Both the position numbers and the translations under genes were made by a program. The notes beneath the pieces were generated by a model that worked only from the letters and a program-made list of their open reading frames with translations, was not told the origin of the DNA and made no database searches. A stretch of 64,000 bases of DNA from a virus. Lineage: Duplodnaviria > Caudoviricetes. Position 1 is the stretch's first letter. The number at the start of each line of letters is the position of its first letter. This document shows positions 47,112-56,226 of the stretch, piece by piece. Where the stretch lies: positions 6,280-70,279 of IMG/VR virus record IMGVR_UViG_3300015214_000032; one strand, given 5' to 3'.

Positions 47112-47685
47112 CAAGGACGGTGTCAAGTCAGCAATCCAGGTGCTCCTGGACAGCATCGGAGAGGACAGTGGACGAGAAGGACTTCAAGAAACCCCTGCCA
47201 GGGTTGCCAAGGCGTGGTGCGAATGGGCAAGCGGTTACGGCATCGATCCCGGGGACATCCTCAAAGTCTTTGAAGATGGCGCTGAAGGGGCGAACGAGCT
47301 TGTCATCGTTCACAACATCCCGGTTCATTCCAAGTGCGAACACCACCTCGCCGATATTACCGGCGTGGCTCACGTGGGATACATTCCGAACGGAAGGATC
47401 GTCGGTCTCAGCAAGTTGGCTCGCCTTGTGGAGGTGTTCAGTAGACGACTTCAAGTCCAGGAGCGCATGACGAACCAGATCGCTGACGCGCTTCAGGAGC
47501 ATCTGAAGCCCCTGGGTGTTGGCGTCCTCGTTCGAGCGTCGCATGGCTGCATGAGCACACGCGGCGTCAAGATCCACGGAAGCACGACCACCACAAGTGC
47601 GATGCGCGGCGCCCTACTCAAGGAAGCGAGCGCTCGAAACGAGTTCCTGACCCTGTGTCAGATGGCCGAGCGGGATGGAACATGA
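47098..47685 (+). CDS. folE: GTP cyclohydrolase I
   Basis: GL-x-ETP-x-RV, CEHHL, GLSKLAR, RRLQVQER, H-x-CM-x-x-RG. Confidence 0.96.
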   Translation: MKRIDKDGVKSAIQVLLDSIGEDSGREGLQETPARVAKAWCEWASGYGIDPGDILKVFEDGAEGANELVIVHNIPVHSKCEHHLADITGVAHVGYIPNGRIVGLSKLARLVEVFSRRLQVQERMTNQIADALQEHLKPLGVGVLVRASHGCMSTRGVKIHGSTTTTSAMRGALLKEASARNEFLTLCQMAERDGT

Positions 47686-47879
47686 GAGACTTCGCAACCA
47701 AGCTGGCACGATTGCGCATCGCCGCTGAGGGGCGTGGGAATCTTGAAAACAAGGGACGCATGCTCACAGACACATCGAACGGGGGTGTTGACCTTGTGTT
47801 CGTGAGGGTTGCAGACCTGCGCCAGCTCCTGTACCATTTCGATAGGCTTGACACGGAATCGAGGGACGGCCATGTATAG
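47682..47879 (+). CDS. Hypothetical protein
   Basis: ATGA coupling to folE. Confidence 0.5.
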   Translation: MRDFATKLARLRIAAEGRGNLENKGRMLTDTSNGGVDLVFVRVADLRQLLYHFDRLDTESRDGHV

Positions 47880-48174
47880 GCCACTGCGAGCTGAAACGAT
47901 CCAGGCGATGAACGAGGGACTCGTGCTCCTGTTCCGCTGGCTTCGTCCGGGAGGGATGAACCGATACGCTGCGCGAACGCACCCTTGCGATCCGTTTATG
48001 GACCAGCAGTATGTGCCCATCTCGAAGAAACCCGGCGTATGGGCCGTGCTCGTTCGCCTGTTCACGCTTGGGGCATACGGCCGAACATGGGCGTGGGTGG
48101 ACCTACCGCCGGGCACATGGATCCCCGAGCATGTCAATTGTCGATGCACGATTATCGAGAAGGATAAGGGATGA
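47872..48174 (+). CDS. Hypothetical protein
   Basis: Coupled; ends PEHVNCRCTII. Confidence 0.5.
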   Translation: MYRPLRAETIQAMNEGLVLLFRWLRPGGMNRYAARTHPCDPFMDQQYVPISKKPGVWAVLVRLFTLGAYGRTWAWVDLPPGTWIPEHVNCRCTIIEKDKG

Positions 48175-49091
48175 AGGTCTACCTGGCGGGCGAGACGCCC
48201 ATGAGCAAGGATGAGGGATGGGGCCGGGATGTCGAAGGATGGCAGACGGGCGCGCTCGCAGGAGTGATCAAGCGCCGACTGTACTCGTTCTACTACCACA
48301 ACAAGATCGACAGGGAAGTGCAGGCATCGCTGGACAGTGGCCACGAGCTGTTCCTCGACTCAGGTGCTTTCTCCGCACACACCCAGGGGAAGACGATCAC
48401 CATCGACGACTATGCCAAGTTCATCCACGCGAATGGCATGCACTTTTCGGTCAAAGCGAACCTCGATGATATCGGTGACACGGGACCCAAGTCGTGGGAG
48501 AACTGGCAAGAGCTCAAGCGCCAGGGTTGCGACGTCTTCCCTGTCCATCACGCGGCTGACGAGGATCGATTCTTGCTCAAGATCCTGGACGAGCTGGAAC
48601 CCGATACTGGCTTCATGGCGCTGGGCGGTCTTGTTGGCGCCAGCCGATCCGTGCTCCGTTCCTGGCTTGACTACATCTGGGCCAAGTTTCTCGTCAAGGA
48701 GGACGGGACGCCCCGCGTGCGCGTCCACGGCTTTGGCTTGACGGACACGGAGCTCATGCTCCGGTACCCGTGGTACAGTGTCGACTCCTCGTCCTGGGTC
48801 ATGACGGGCATCTTCGGTGGCTGCATCTTCCGGGAAGGGGGTACCTTCTACAAGGTGCAGTTCAGCGACGAGAGCCCCGACAAGTACAACGTGAACAGTT
48901 GGCACTATGACCGCCTTACGCCGCCGCAGCGTGCACGCGTGGACCAGTGGCTTGCGCGCATGGGCGTAACCGCCGAGCAATTGGCAAGCCACTACAGCTT
49001 TCGGCATCTCGTCAACGCGCGCACCTTCACGGAGATCGAGGAAATGGAGACGGTGCCCACGTTCAAGCTGGTACAGGAGACTTTGTTCTGA
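48171..49091 (+). CDS. dpdA: DNA 7-deazaguanine transglycosylase (phage DpdA, TGT-fold)
   Basis: FLDSGAFS, ANLD-x-IGD, PV-x-H, ALGGLV, VHGFG, SVDSSSW motifs, in que/folE context. Confidence 0.88.
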   Translation: MKVYLAGETPMSKDEGWGRDVEGWQTGALAGVIKRRLYSFYYHNKIDREVQASLDSGHELFLDSGAFSAHTQGKTITIDDYAKFIHANGMHFSVKANLDDIGDTGPKSWENWQELKRQGCDVFPVHHAADEDRFLLKILDELEPDTGFMALGGLVGASRSVLRSWLDYIWAKFLVKEDGTPRVRVHGFGLTDTELMLRYPWYSVDSSSWVMTGIFGGCIFREGGTFYKVQFSDESPDKYNVNSWHYDRLTPPQRARVDQWLARMGVTAEQLASHYSFRHLVNARTFTEIEEMETVPTFKLVQETLF

Positions 49092-49279
49092 TGAGCAAAG
49101 TGGATAGGCTGACGCGCTACTTCATTCGGGGCTTCACCCTGGGTGCCCTTGGTGGTGCAATTGTGATGATCCCTTACCTCCTGTTCGTCGGTAGCATCCA
49201 CTTCAGCAGCTTCCTTGTGGGCATCGTGTTCGTTGCTGTCATCAAAGGGATCGAGGAGGGGTTGGGATGGAAGTCCTGA
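49091..49279 (+). CDS. Small two-TM membrane protein
   Basis: Hydrophobicity pattern. Confidence 0.55.
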   Translation: MSKVDRLTRYFIRGFTLGALGGAIVMIPYLLFVGSIHFSSFLVGIVFVAVIKGIEEGLGWKS

Positions 49280-49500
49280 CGACCAAAGAACGGCGAGCCG
49301 ACATTATCCAGCGTCTTGAGAGCGGTGGCTATTACGGCGGATACATCCTCGCGCGCTTCTACGGCGTGAGTGAGCGCACCATTCGCCGCGACATGGCGCT
49401 GCTGCGCAAGAAGGGTCATCCAATCAGACTTGGTACGTCCAGCGGATATGTGATGCGCCCCAAGCCTCGCAGCGAGCATGAGAGGGACAAACTCAGATGA
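49267..49500 (+). CDS. HTH (DeoR/HTH_11-type) DNA-binding protein
   Basis: LARFYGVSERTIRRDM-x-x-L-x-x-x-G-x-PI. Confidence 0.8.
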   Translation: MEVLTTKERRADIIQRLESGGYYGGYILARFYGVSERTIRRDMALLRKKGHPIRLGTSSGYVMRPKPRSEHERDKLR

Positions 49501-49760
49501 ACGATATCTCAAAGAGCTACCCGTATCTGAGCATCTCGAAGAAGTACGATGCGGATTATAGTGACGTGCTGCTCGCCGTGCAGCGCGTTACGCGGGGCCT
49601 TGCGTCGCAATGGCAGGACGCGCCCAAGGATGACGAGGCACATGCGATCATGCGCCTTGTTGACTTCCACCCACAGGCGGCAGCAATTGAGAGGGACATA
49701 ATGGCGGCTGCGGAACGCTTCTTGCGCATCCAAAATGGGGACCTTGACTGGAATGAGTAA
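49497..49760 (+). CDS. Hypothetical protein
   Basis: ATGA coupling. Confidence 0.55.
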   Translation: MNDISKSYPYLSISKKYDADYSDVLLAVQRVTRGLASQWQDAPKDDEAHAIMRLVDFHPQAAAIERDIMAAAERFLRIQNGDLDWNE

Positions 49761-50190
49761 CGCGCGTACATACGAGGATGCATTCAACCTCCTGTGCGGG
49801 AGGAAGATTGGCGCGGGTATCCATCGTGACGTGTTTGAGTGCTCCCTGGATCCAACGCTCGTCGTCAAGGTGGAGATCGACGATGATCGCATGCGCAACT
49901 TCGCCAACGTCAAGGAATATGGAAACTGGACCGTGTGGCGTGATGTTGAGCCCATCGCGCGCTGGCTTGCCCCCTGCGATCGATTGTCCTTTGATGGTCG
50001 CATCCTGCTCCAGAAGCGTGTCGAGCCCATCAAGAAGTCGGAAGCACCGACAGCGCTGCCGACCTTTCTGACCGACGTCAAGTATGACAATTATGGTTGG
50101 TATGACGGGCGCATCGTGTGCATTGACTATGCGTTCCTCGTCACAGATGCTTCAGCCAAGAAGCGCAGCGTCAAGGAGTTGTGGTGGTGA
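49753..50190 (+). CDS. Minimal protein-kinase-like protein
   Basis: IG-x-G-x-x-R-x-VF, VVK, N-x-x-E, D-x-K-x-x-N-x-G and IDY motifs. Confidence 0.7.
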   Translation: MSNARTYEDAFNLLCGRKIGAGIHRDVFECSLDPTLVVKVEIDDDRMRNFANVKEYGNWTVWRDVEPIARWLAPCDRLSFDGRILLQKRVEPIKKSEAPTALPTFLTDVKYDNYGWYDGRIVCIDYAFLVTDASAKKRSVKELWW

Positions 50191-50708
50191 CAAAGCTGCC
50201 TGAGAAATGGAGCTTCGGTCCCTTGCGCTTCCGCCGTTTCTATGGCAGCAATGCCAATGGGGACTGGACGCCCTACCTGAGCAAGATGACATTACGTATT
50301 GGGCGCTGGAGCATCGGCGTTCACAAGTTTCATCGGGGCGATGCAGATCCTGATTGCCACGACCACCCCTTTGACTTCTGGACTCTACCTCTGACGACAT
50401 ACGTTGAGGAAGTCCTGGACTGGCAGGGGCTCGCTCACGGTGGAACGCACCTGTATCCATCCTACACCAAGCGCCTGAACGTGGTCAAAGCGTTCCGCGT
50501 GCACTATCGACCTGCTTCCTACGCTCACAGGGTGCTCTACCGCAAAGGTTACCCGCCTATCGCGAAGCGCTGCATCTGGACCATCGTGCTCAAGCGCAGC
50601 ATTGAGCGGGAATGGGGCTTCCTCAAGCAACGGGATGGTCGCTGGTGCTGGCAGGCATGGGACGACTACATCAATCAAGGAGGCAAGGATGTCGGTTGTA
50701 ACGAATAG
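50181..50708 (+). CDS. Cupin-like metal-binding protein
   Basis: H-x-F-x-x-x-D-x-D-x-x-x-HDHPF-x-F...Y-x-E...R-x-A-x-x-x-HRV...WTIV. Confidence 0.6.
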   Translation: MVVTKLPEKWSFGPLRFRRFYGSNANGDWTPYLSKMTLRIGRWSIGVHKFHRGDADPDCHDHPFDFWTLPLTTYVEEVLDWQGLAHGGTHLYPSYTKRLNVVKAFRVHYRPASYAHRVLYRKGYPPIAKRCIWTIVLKRSIEREWGFLKQRDGRWCWQAWDDYINQGGKDVGCNE

Positions 50709-50931
50709 GCGCCAATTCCCCGTTCTCCAGAAGCTGGAGGAAACTGTCGCGGGACGATGGCGACACGTCAAGCGGGGTACGACATACACCGTCCGAGGTG
50801 TGGTGCAGCTCCAGTGCGCCGTTCCTGAGCTTGACGGCGTCTACGCCGTGCTCTATGTCAGTGAGGGAGATGGGCGCGAATGGGTTCGCCCCGTGGAAGA
50901 GTTCCTTGACGGACGCTTTGAGAGGATATAA
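50689..50931 (+). CDS. DUF1653-like protein
   Basis: G-x-WRH-x-K-x-G-x-x-Y-x-V...V-x-Y...WVRP-x-x-EF-x-x-x-RF. Confidence 0.7.
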   Translation: MSVVTNRRQFPVLQKLEETVAGRWRHVKRGTTYTVRGVVQLQCAVPELDGVYAVLYVSEGDGREWVRPVEEFLDGRFERI

Positions 50932-51911
50932 TGAAGAAAGAAATCGATTGGCTGACCGACGCGCTCAGCACCAAGAACATCGCGCGGGAAATGACTCACT
51001 ATCGCGTGGGCGGCAGGGAGATCAAAGCCACGGATGGGCGCATCACAGCAGGGCACCCGTGGCCCACGGAAGACCAGTATCTGGTACCGGGCACGGAATT
51101 CGAGAAGATCGTCCGCAGGATGCCCGGCGACCCGCGCGTGGAAGTTGAGAAGGACCACATTAAGGTCGTGAGCGGCCGGTCCAGGGGCGCAATCCGCACT
51201 ATGCCTCTTGAGCAATGGGATTACCCTGGCGTCGACACAAACGCCTGGACGGACCTCCCCGAAGGGCTTATCGGCGCACTGCGGGCCCTGCGCCCCTTTG
51301 TCAGCGATAACGCCACACACGCATGGTCGCTTGGCGTAGCGCTCGATGATGGGTGGGCCTACGCCACCAACAACATCGTGCTGGCGGGCGTGCGCTTGCC
51401 CTCGCTTGACGGCAGGGAATCGCAGTCCATTGTCCCCGTCTGGGCGATCGACTTCATCGTGGACAGGGCGGAGGACCTTGTCGAGTGGGCCTGGACGGAA
51501 TACTACATCGGGTTTCGATGGAAGAATGGCGCTTGGATGCGCAGCCAGCTTATCGAGGGTACGTTCCATGAGCGTGCGTCGGAGATGATCCGGAACGTGG
51601 ACGCCATGGAACTGCCCCAACCCATCACGAAAGAGTTCAAGAGCACGTTCGCACGTGCCGCCCCCCTTGTGCCAGCTGGCAGTGCGATCAAGATCGCCCG
51701 CACATGGTTGCGTGGCGCGTTCGGCGAGGCACAGTTCGAGGAAGGGGTGGAGGTGGAGACGCTCGACGATGCAGCACCCACCTCCTGGACCGCAAACCGC
51801 CTCGCTCCTGTGATCGAAATCGCTTCCGCGTGGGAACCAGCAACCTGGCCCAAGCCCACACCCTTCCAGGGTGAAGGGATCTGCGGCATCGTCCTTGGGA
51901 GGAACGAATGA
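50931..51911 (+). CDS. DNA polymerase III beta-clamp (DnaN)-like protein
   Basis: 326 aa with repeated clamp-like elements (ATDGR-x-x-A, I-x-V-x-SG-x-S, GV-x-L...ATN). Confidence 0.7.
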   Translation: MKKEIDWLTDALSTKNIAREMTHYRVGGREIKATDGRITAGHPWPTEDQYLVPGTEFEKIVRRMPGDPRVEVEKDHIKVVSGRSRGAIRTMPLEQWDYPGVDTNAWTDLPEGLIGALRALRPFVSDNATHAWSLGVALDDGWAYATNNIVLAGVRLPSLDGRESQSIVPVWAIDFIVDRAEDLVEWAWTEYYIGFRWKNGAWMRSQLIEGTFHERASEMIRNVDAMELPQPITKEFKSTFARAAPLVPAGSAIKIARTWLRGAFGEAQFEEGVEVETLDDAAPTSWTANRLAPVIEIASAWEPATWPKPTPFQGEGICGIVLGRNE

Positions 51912-52177
51912 AGGACAAGGAAATTACTATCAGCATCATCGACAAGCGCGGCGCGCTGCCACTGTTCCGCAACACGTTGTCGGTCATGATTATGTGCCTA
52001 CCGATCTACATCGGTGTTGTGGTTGGTAGTTCTGCGATGCAGTGGGCGGGGTTTGTGCTTGGCATCCTTTTGTTCTTCGTCATGATCATGGAGTTCAACA
52101 GGAACTTGCCCCGCTTCCATGACATCGATGGCGCGATCCAGTACCTGAAGCACATGAAGGAAGACGAGTCACACTGA
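51908..52177 (+). CDS. Two-TM membrane protein
   Basis: Hydrophobic segments. Confidence 0.6.
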   Translation: MKDKEITISIIDKRGALPLFRNTLSVMIMCLPIYIGVVVGSSAMQWAGFVLGILLFFVMIMEFNRNLPRFHDIDGAIQYLKHMKEDESH

Positions 52178-52178
52178 C

Positions 52179-52430
52179 ATGGAACACGGCGTCATTCTCC
52201 ACACCACCAGAACTCTTGGCAAGAGCCAAGGGTACTTTGGTCTGAGCATCAGGGACGTGCTGCTGCCCGACGACAACGGCAAGCCAACCTATCAAGCGAT
52301 GCAGAGCGCGTGGTTTCCTACCCCGAAGGAGATCGAAGCGCTGATCAGCGGCGCGCCCATCATTCTCACGGTGCTTGGCACTGCGCATCCGCCCGTGCGC
52401 ATGGAAGTTGGTGCGGAGCCCAAGGAATGA
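52179..52430 (+). CDS. Hypothetical protein
   Basis: W-x-PTP-x-E-x-x-x-L-x-x-G...HPPV motif common in phage proteins. Confidence 0.65.
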   Translation: MEHGVILHTTRTLGKSQGYFGLSIRDVLLPDDNGKPTYQAMQSAWFPTPKEIEALISGAPIILTVLGTAHPPVRMEVGAEPKE

Positions 52431-52603
52431 TCACCTGGGCGAAGAGAGTGCACAATCTGACGCAAGCGCTGGGCCGAAGGCCCACGCTTGAGGAGTTGCT
52501 ACTCCTCGCGCCCTTGCATAATATGACGGAGGAGGAGCTCAAAGCGCAGCAGGAATCCTTCGTCCGAGCGATGAAACCCACTGGCGACCCGAGGTTCGAT
52601 TAA
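52427..52603 (+). CDS. Hypothetical protein
   Basis: ATGA coupling; MT-x-EE-x-x-AQ-x-ESF. Confidence 0.55.
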   Translation: MITWAKRVHNLTQALGRRPTLEELLLLAPLHNMTEEELKAQQESFVRAMKPTGDPRFD

Positions 52604-52607
52604 TATC

Positions 52608-53348
52608 ATGTTCGGCAAAAATCCCGTACTCAAGCAGGACCTATCGACCTCCCGCGAACTCAAGGTCGTCAAGGGATCCCCGTTCTTTACCATCCAGGGG
52701 GAAGGGCCCTACATTGGGCATCCCGCCGTGTTCGTGCGCCTGCATGGCTGCAATCTTCGTTGCTGGTTCTGTGACACTGAATTCAGCAACCCGGACGATC
52801 CCGTGATGCACATCGTTGAGCTTGCGCGCAAGGTCTACGATATGAAAGCGATCGACGGGCACAAGTTCAACCTCGTTGTCATCACGGGTGGCGAGCCCTT
52901 GCGGCAGAACATTCTGCCTTTCTGCAAGCTGCTCCTGGACCAAGGATTCACAGTGCAGATCGAAACTGCGGGCAGCCTGTGGGTCGAGGGGCTGGATGAG
53001 CTGCTGGGCCCCCGTTACGGGCACCGCTTTGCAATCATCTGTTCGCCCAAGACGCCTACGATCCATGAGAAGATCTATCGTCATGCGACCGCGTTCAAGT
53101 ACGTGATTGGCAGTGAGACGCGGGTCGATGAGAACGGTATGGTGCTGGGCAACACGCAGAAGGAGGACGGACCCATTCGTCCCCTTGCTGCGCCGCGCGT
53201 TGGCGCGCCCGTCTACCTGTCCCCGATGGATGAATATGATGACAAGCGCAACGAATCGAATCGTCAGCGCGTTGCGAGCCTATGTCTGACGCATGGGTAT
53301 ATCGCAGGTGTTCAGATGCACAAGCTGATGCAGATACAGGAGCCATAA
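52608..53348 (+). CDS. queE: 7-carboxy-7-deazaguanine synthase (radical SAM)
   Basis: F-x-TIQGEG-x-x-x-G-x-PAVFVRL-x-GCNLRC-x-FCDT, VITGGEP, ET-x-G, CSPK, Q-x-HK. Confidence 0.95.
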   Translation: MFGKNPVLKQDLSTSRELKVVKGSPFFTIQGEGPYIGHPAVFVRLHGCNLRCWFCDTEFSNPDDPVMHIVELARKVYDMKAIDGHKFNLVVITGGEPLRQNILPFCKLLLDQGFTVQIETAGSLWVEGLDELLGPRYGHRFAIICSPKTPTIHEKIYRHATAFKYVIGSETRVDENGMVLGNTQKEDGPIRPLAAPRVGAPVYLSPMDEYDDKRNESNRQRVASLCLTHGYIAGVQMHKLMQIQEP

Positions 53349-53350
53349 AC

Positions 53351-53572
53351 GTGAGCGTGGTTTGGATGCACAGCGTCATCTTCGATCACATCTGCATGCA
53401 GGGGCAGGTCGTTCAGAACATCAAGACGCGTCAATACCATTTTGTCACGAAGGGCCTGCCTTTGATCCAGGTGCATGATCGCATGCCCACCGATAAGATA
53501 TACAGCCAGCCCACGCCGAGTATTGCTGCTGAAATGCGTGCGCTGGCGTCCATGACGGGAGTGCAGATATGA
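53351..53572 (+). CDS. Hypothetical protein
   Basis: Fills gap after queE. Confidence 0.4.
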   Translation: MSVVWMHSVIFDHICMQGQVVQNIKTRQYHFVTKGLPLIQVHDRMPTDKIYSQPTPSIAAEMRALASMTGVQI

Positions 53573-53793
53573 GCGACATTCACAAGCTGCAAGAGTACAT
53601 CCGTACGGGGAGCAGGGCATCCGCCATGTTCACCGAAGCTCTCGCCGCACACACGAACGCATGCGCGCTTCTTAATGCTGCCGCCAGCGAAGCAGCGCGC
53701 CTCACTGCGCATGAAGCTCTCGACGCGCTCATGGATACTACGTGGCACATCCACATCCTGCGGAAGCAACATGCTGACCGCGAGGAGAAGTAA
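53569..53793 (+). CDS. Hypothetical protein
   Basis: GGAG RBS; coupled to polymerase. Confidence 0.55.
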   Translation: MSDIHKLQEYIRTGSRASAMFTEALAAHTNACALLNAAASEAARLTAHEALDALMDTTWHIHILRKQHADREEK

Positions 53794-55880
53794 TGGCTCG
53801 TGACGACTTCTATGGCATGTTCTGGCAGGATGCGCAGCGACAACGCGCGACAAAGGGGCCCAGCGGCCCACGCGCCCTCCCTCCTACACCGGACACGGGT
53901 TGGTTCCTCCCCGAGGGGCCGGAACTCTACCCCGACCTAAGCGGACAGGGGATGATCTCCTTCGACGTTGAGTCGAATGACCCATACCTGACGTCGAAAG
54001 GTCCTGGATATGTGCGTGGCGACGCATATGTCTGCGGTGTCGCTATCGGAACTGAAGCAGGGTTTCGACGCTACTACCCTGTGGCGCACGAGAACTCCGG
54101 ACGCAACTTGAGCAAGCGAGCCGTGTTCGGTTGGCTCAAGGAAGTTCTCGACCTACCCGTGCCCAAGGTTGGTGCCAACCTTCTGTACGACTTGGAGGCG
54201 CTCCACTTCTCCGGCGTCCCCGTGCGCGGCCCCTTCTATGATGTCCAGAATGCGGAGGCGCTGCTGGACGAAACGCGCTTCACCTACTCACTTGAGTCAA
54301 TCGCTCAGGATCGCTTGCGGGAAGGCAAGGAACAAAGCGTGATGCTCAAGTGGCTTGAGCAAGCGTTCGGGAAGGGCGAGACCAACATCAAGAAGAACAT
54401 CTGGCGCGCTCCGCCTGAAGTGGTTGGCCCGTACGCTGAGAGCGACGTTGACCTGCCCCTGCGCCTGCTTGCTCTTCAACGTAAGCAGCTCGAGCAGGAA
54501 AATCTATGGGAGTTGTTCGAGCTTGAGAGCAAGCTCGTTCCCATGCTCCTCGCAATGCGGATCCGCGGCGTTCCCGTTGACATCAAGCACACGGAGAAGC
54601 TCCTCGCGCGCCTGGATCAGACGTACAACGATTCGATCGATCACATCACCCAGCAAGTTGGTATTAAGCCTGACATCTGGGCAGCTGACTCGCTCGCCAA
54701 GATCTTCGACAGCGTGGGTATTGAATATCCGCGCACGCCCAAGACCGGCGCGCCCAGCTTCAGGAAGGAATGGCTTGAGCACCAGAACCATCCTGTAGCG
54801 AACATGATCAAAGAAGCGCGGAACATGGACAAGTTCCGCGGTACGTTCGTCAAGGGATATATCCTTGAGGGCCACGTTAACGGCCGCATCCACACCCAGT
54901 TCCACCAACTTCGTTCTGACAAGGGTGGAACGGTGAGCGGGCGTTTCAGCTCGTCGTCCCCCAATCTCCAGAACATTCCGACGCGCACGGCGGAAGGAAA
55001 ACTGATTCGCGAAGCGTTCATCGCGGAGAAGGATCAGACGTGGTGGTCGCTTGACTGGTCGCAGATCGAGTACCGCTTGATTGTGCACTATGCGGCATTG
55101 TTGAGGCTGGAGGGCATCCAGCCCATTGTTGACTCCTACTGGAACGACCCGAATGTCGATTACCACATGGAGGTCGCGAAGCTCACGGGGCTGAGCAGAA
55201 GCGATGCCAAGAACTTGAACTTCGGCCTTGCCTATGGGCAGGGCGTGGACCTCCTGTGTGCCAACCTAGGAGTCGACAGGGAGACGGGTGAGCGCATTAT
55301 GGCGGAGTACCACGCCAAAGCGCCCTTCATCCGCTTGTTGGCCAACGCTGCGAGCAGCAGGGCAGATCAAAACGGGTTCATCACGACACTCCTAGGTCGT
55401 CGCCGCCGCTTCAACACCTGGGAGAAGTCCAGGGGCAGCGAGTTCCTCAGTGAAACCAATCTTGGGATGTTTAAGCACGCGCTTGACGGCACCAACAATT
55501 CGCGCACGCTGCGCATTCTACGGGAAGTGCCAGAGGACGAGCGGACGCCCGACAATCCCGATTACCTGCGCGCGCTGCGCACGGATGGATATCGACGGTA
55601 CAAGCTGCACAAGGCGCTCAACGCGCTGATCCAGGGGTCCGCCGCTGACATCATGAAGAAAGCGATGGTGATGATTTGGGAGAGTGGCGTCTGCGACGTG
55701 ATCGGCGCCCCTCACCTGACGGTGCACGATGAGCTTGATGGCAGTTATATTGAAGGTGACCCGAGACATGAGGAAGCGCTTGCGGAAGTGAAGCACATCA
55801 TGGAGAATTGCCATACGTTCAAGATCCCTATCCGAGCGGATGGCGAGACGGGGGCGAATTGGGGGGCAGCCAAGGGATGA
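53793..55880 (+). CDS. polA: Family A DNA polymerase with 3'-5' exonuclease
   Basis: FDVES (exo I), GRFSSSSPNLQNIP, D-x-SQIEYR (A), AK-x-x-NFG-x-x-YG (B), N-x-x-IQGSAAD and TVHDEL (C). Confidence 0.96.
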   Translation: MARDDFYGMFWQDAQRQRATKGPSGPRALPPTPDTGWFLPEGPELYPDLSGQGMISFDVESNDPYLTSKGPGYVRGDAYVCGVAIGTEAGFRRYYPVAHENSGRNLSKRAVFGWLKEVLDLPVPKVGANLLYDLEALHFSGVPVRGPFYDVQNAEALLDETRFTYSLESIAQDRLREGKEQSVMLKWLEQAFGKGETNIKKNIWRAPPEVVGPYAESDVDLPLRLLALQRKQLEQENLWELFELESKLVPMLLAMRIRGVPVDIKHTEKLLARLDQTYNDSIDHITQQVGIKPDIWAADSLAKIFDSVGIEYPRTPKTGAPSFRKEWLEHQNHPVANMIKEARNMDKFRGTFVKGYILEGHVNGRIHTQFHQLRSDKGGTVSGRFSSSSPNLQNIPTRTAEGKLIREAFIAEKDQTWWSLDWSQIEYRLIVHYAALLRLEGIQPIVDSYWNDPNVDYHMEVAKLTGLSRSDAKNLNFGLAYGQGVDLLCANLGVDRETGERIMAEYHAKAPFIRLLANAASSRADQNGFITTLLGRRRRFNTWEKSRGSEFLSETNLGMFKHALDGTNNSRTLRILREVPEDERTPDNPDYLRALRTDGYRRYKLHKALNALIQGSAADIMKKAMVMIWESGVCDVIGAPHLTVHDELDGSYIEGDPRHEEALAEVKHIMENCHTFKIPIRADGETGANWGAAKG

Positions 55881-56011
55881 GCAAAATCTTTCCATCGATC
55901 ATGATCCTGATGTCGCTTGGCGCTGCTACCATGTATCTGTACGAGGGCGATTGGCGGCGGGTGACATACTGGCTTGCTGCATCCATCCTCACAGCATCCG
56001 TGACTTTCTGA
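55877..56011 (+). CDS. Small membrane protein
   Basis: 44 aa hydrophobic, ATGA-coupled. Confidence 0.55.
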   Translation: MSKIFPSIMILMSLGAATMYLYEGDWRRVTYWLAASILTASVTF

Positions 56012-56025
56012 GGGGAAACAATCAG

Positions 56026-56226
56026 ATGATGGACCACACTTACAGGGGCATCCCCGTGAGCCAGATGCCCATGGAAGCCATCTACTCCTGTCTAAACGTA
56101 GGGTTCGAACTCACAGAGAACGGAAACGGCCTGCCCCATGTCAGCGATCCTGAATACTGGATCCGCATGCGTCTCGAAATTGAGCTCGTTCGAAGGAGTC
56201 TTGGAATACCCGTGCGAATGGATTGA
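56026..56226 (+). CDS. Hypothetical protein
   Basis: GAGGGG RBS. Confidence 0.5.
   Translation: MMDHTYRGIPVSQMPMEAIYSCLNVGFELTENGNGLPHVSDPEYWIRMRLEIELVRRSLGIPVRMD

Noticed and set aside
47872-48174. C-terminal HVNCRC suggesting a second gp7-like head protein
   Set aside because: The ORF is only 100 aa and lacks the rest of the family motifs.
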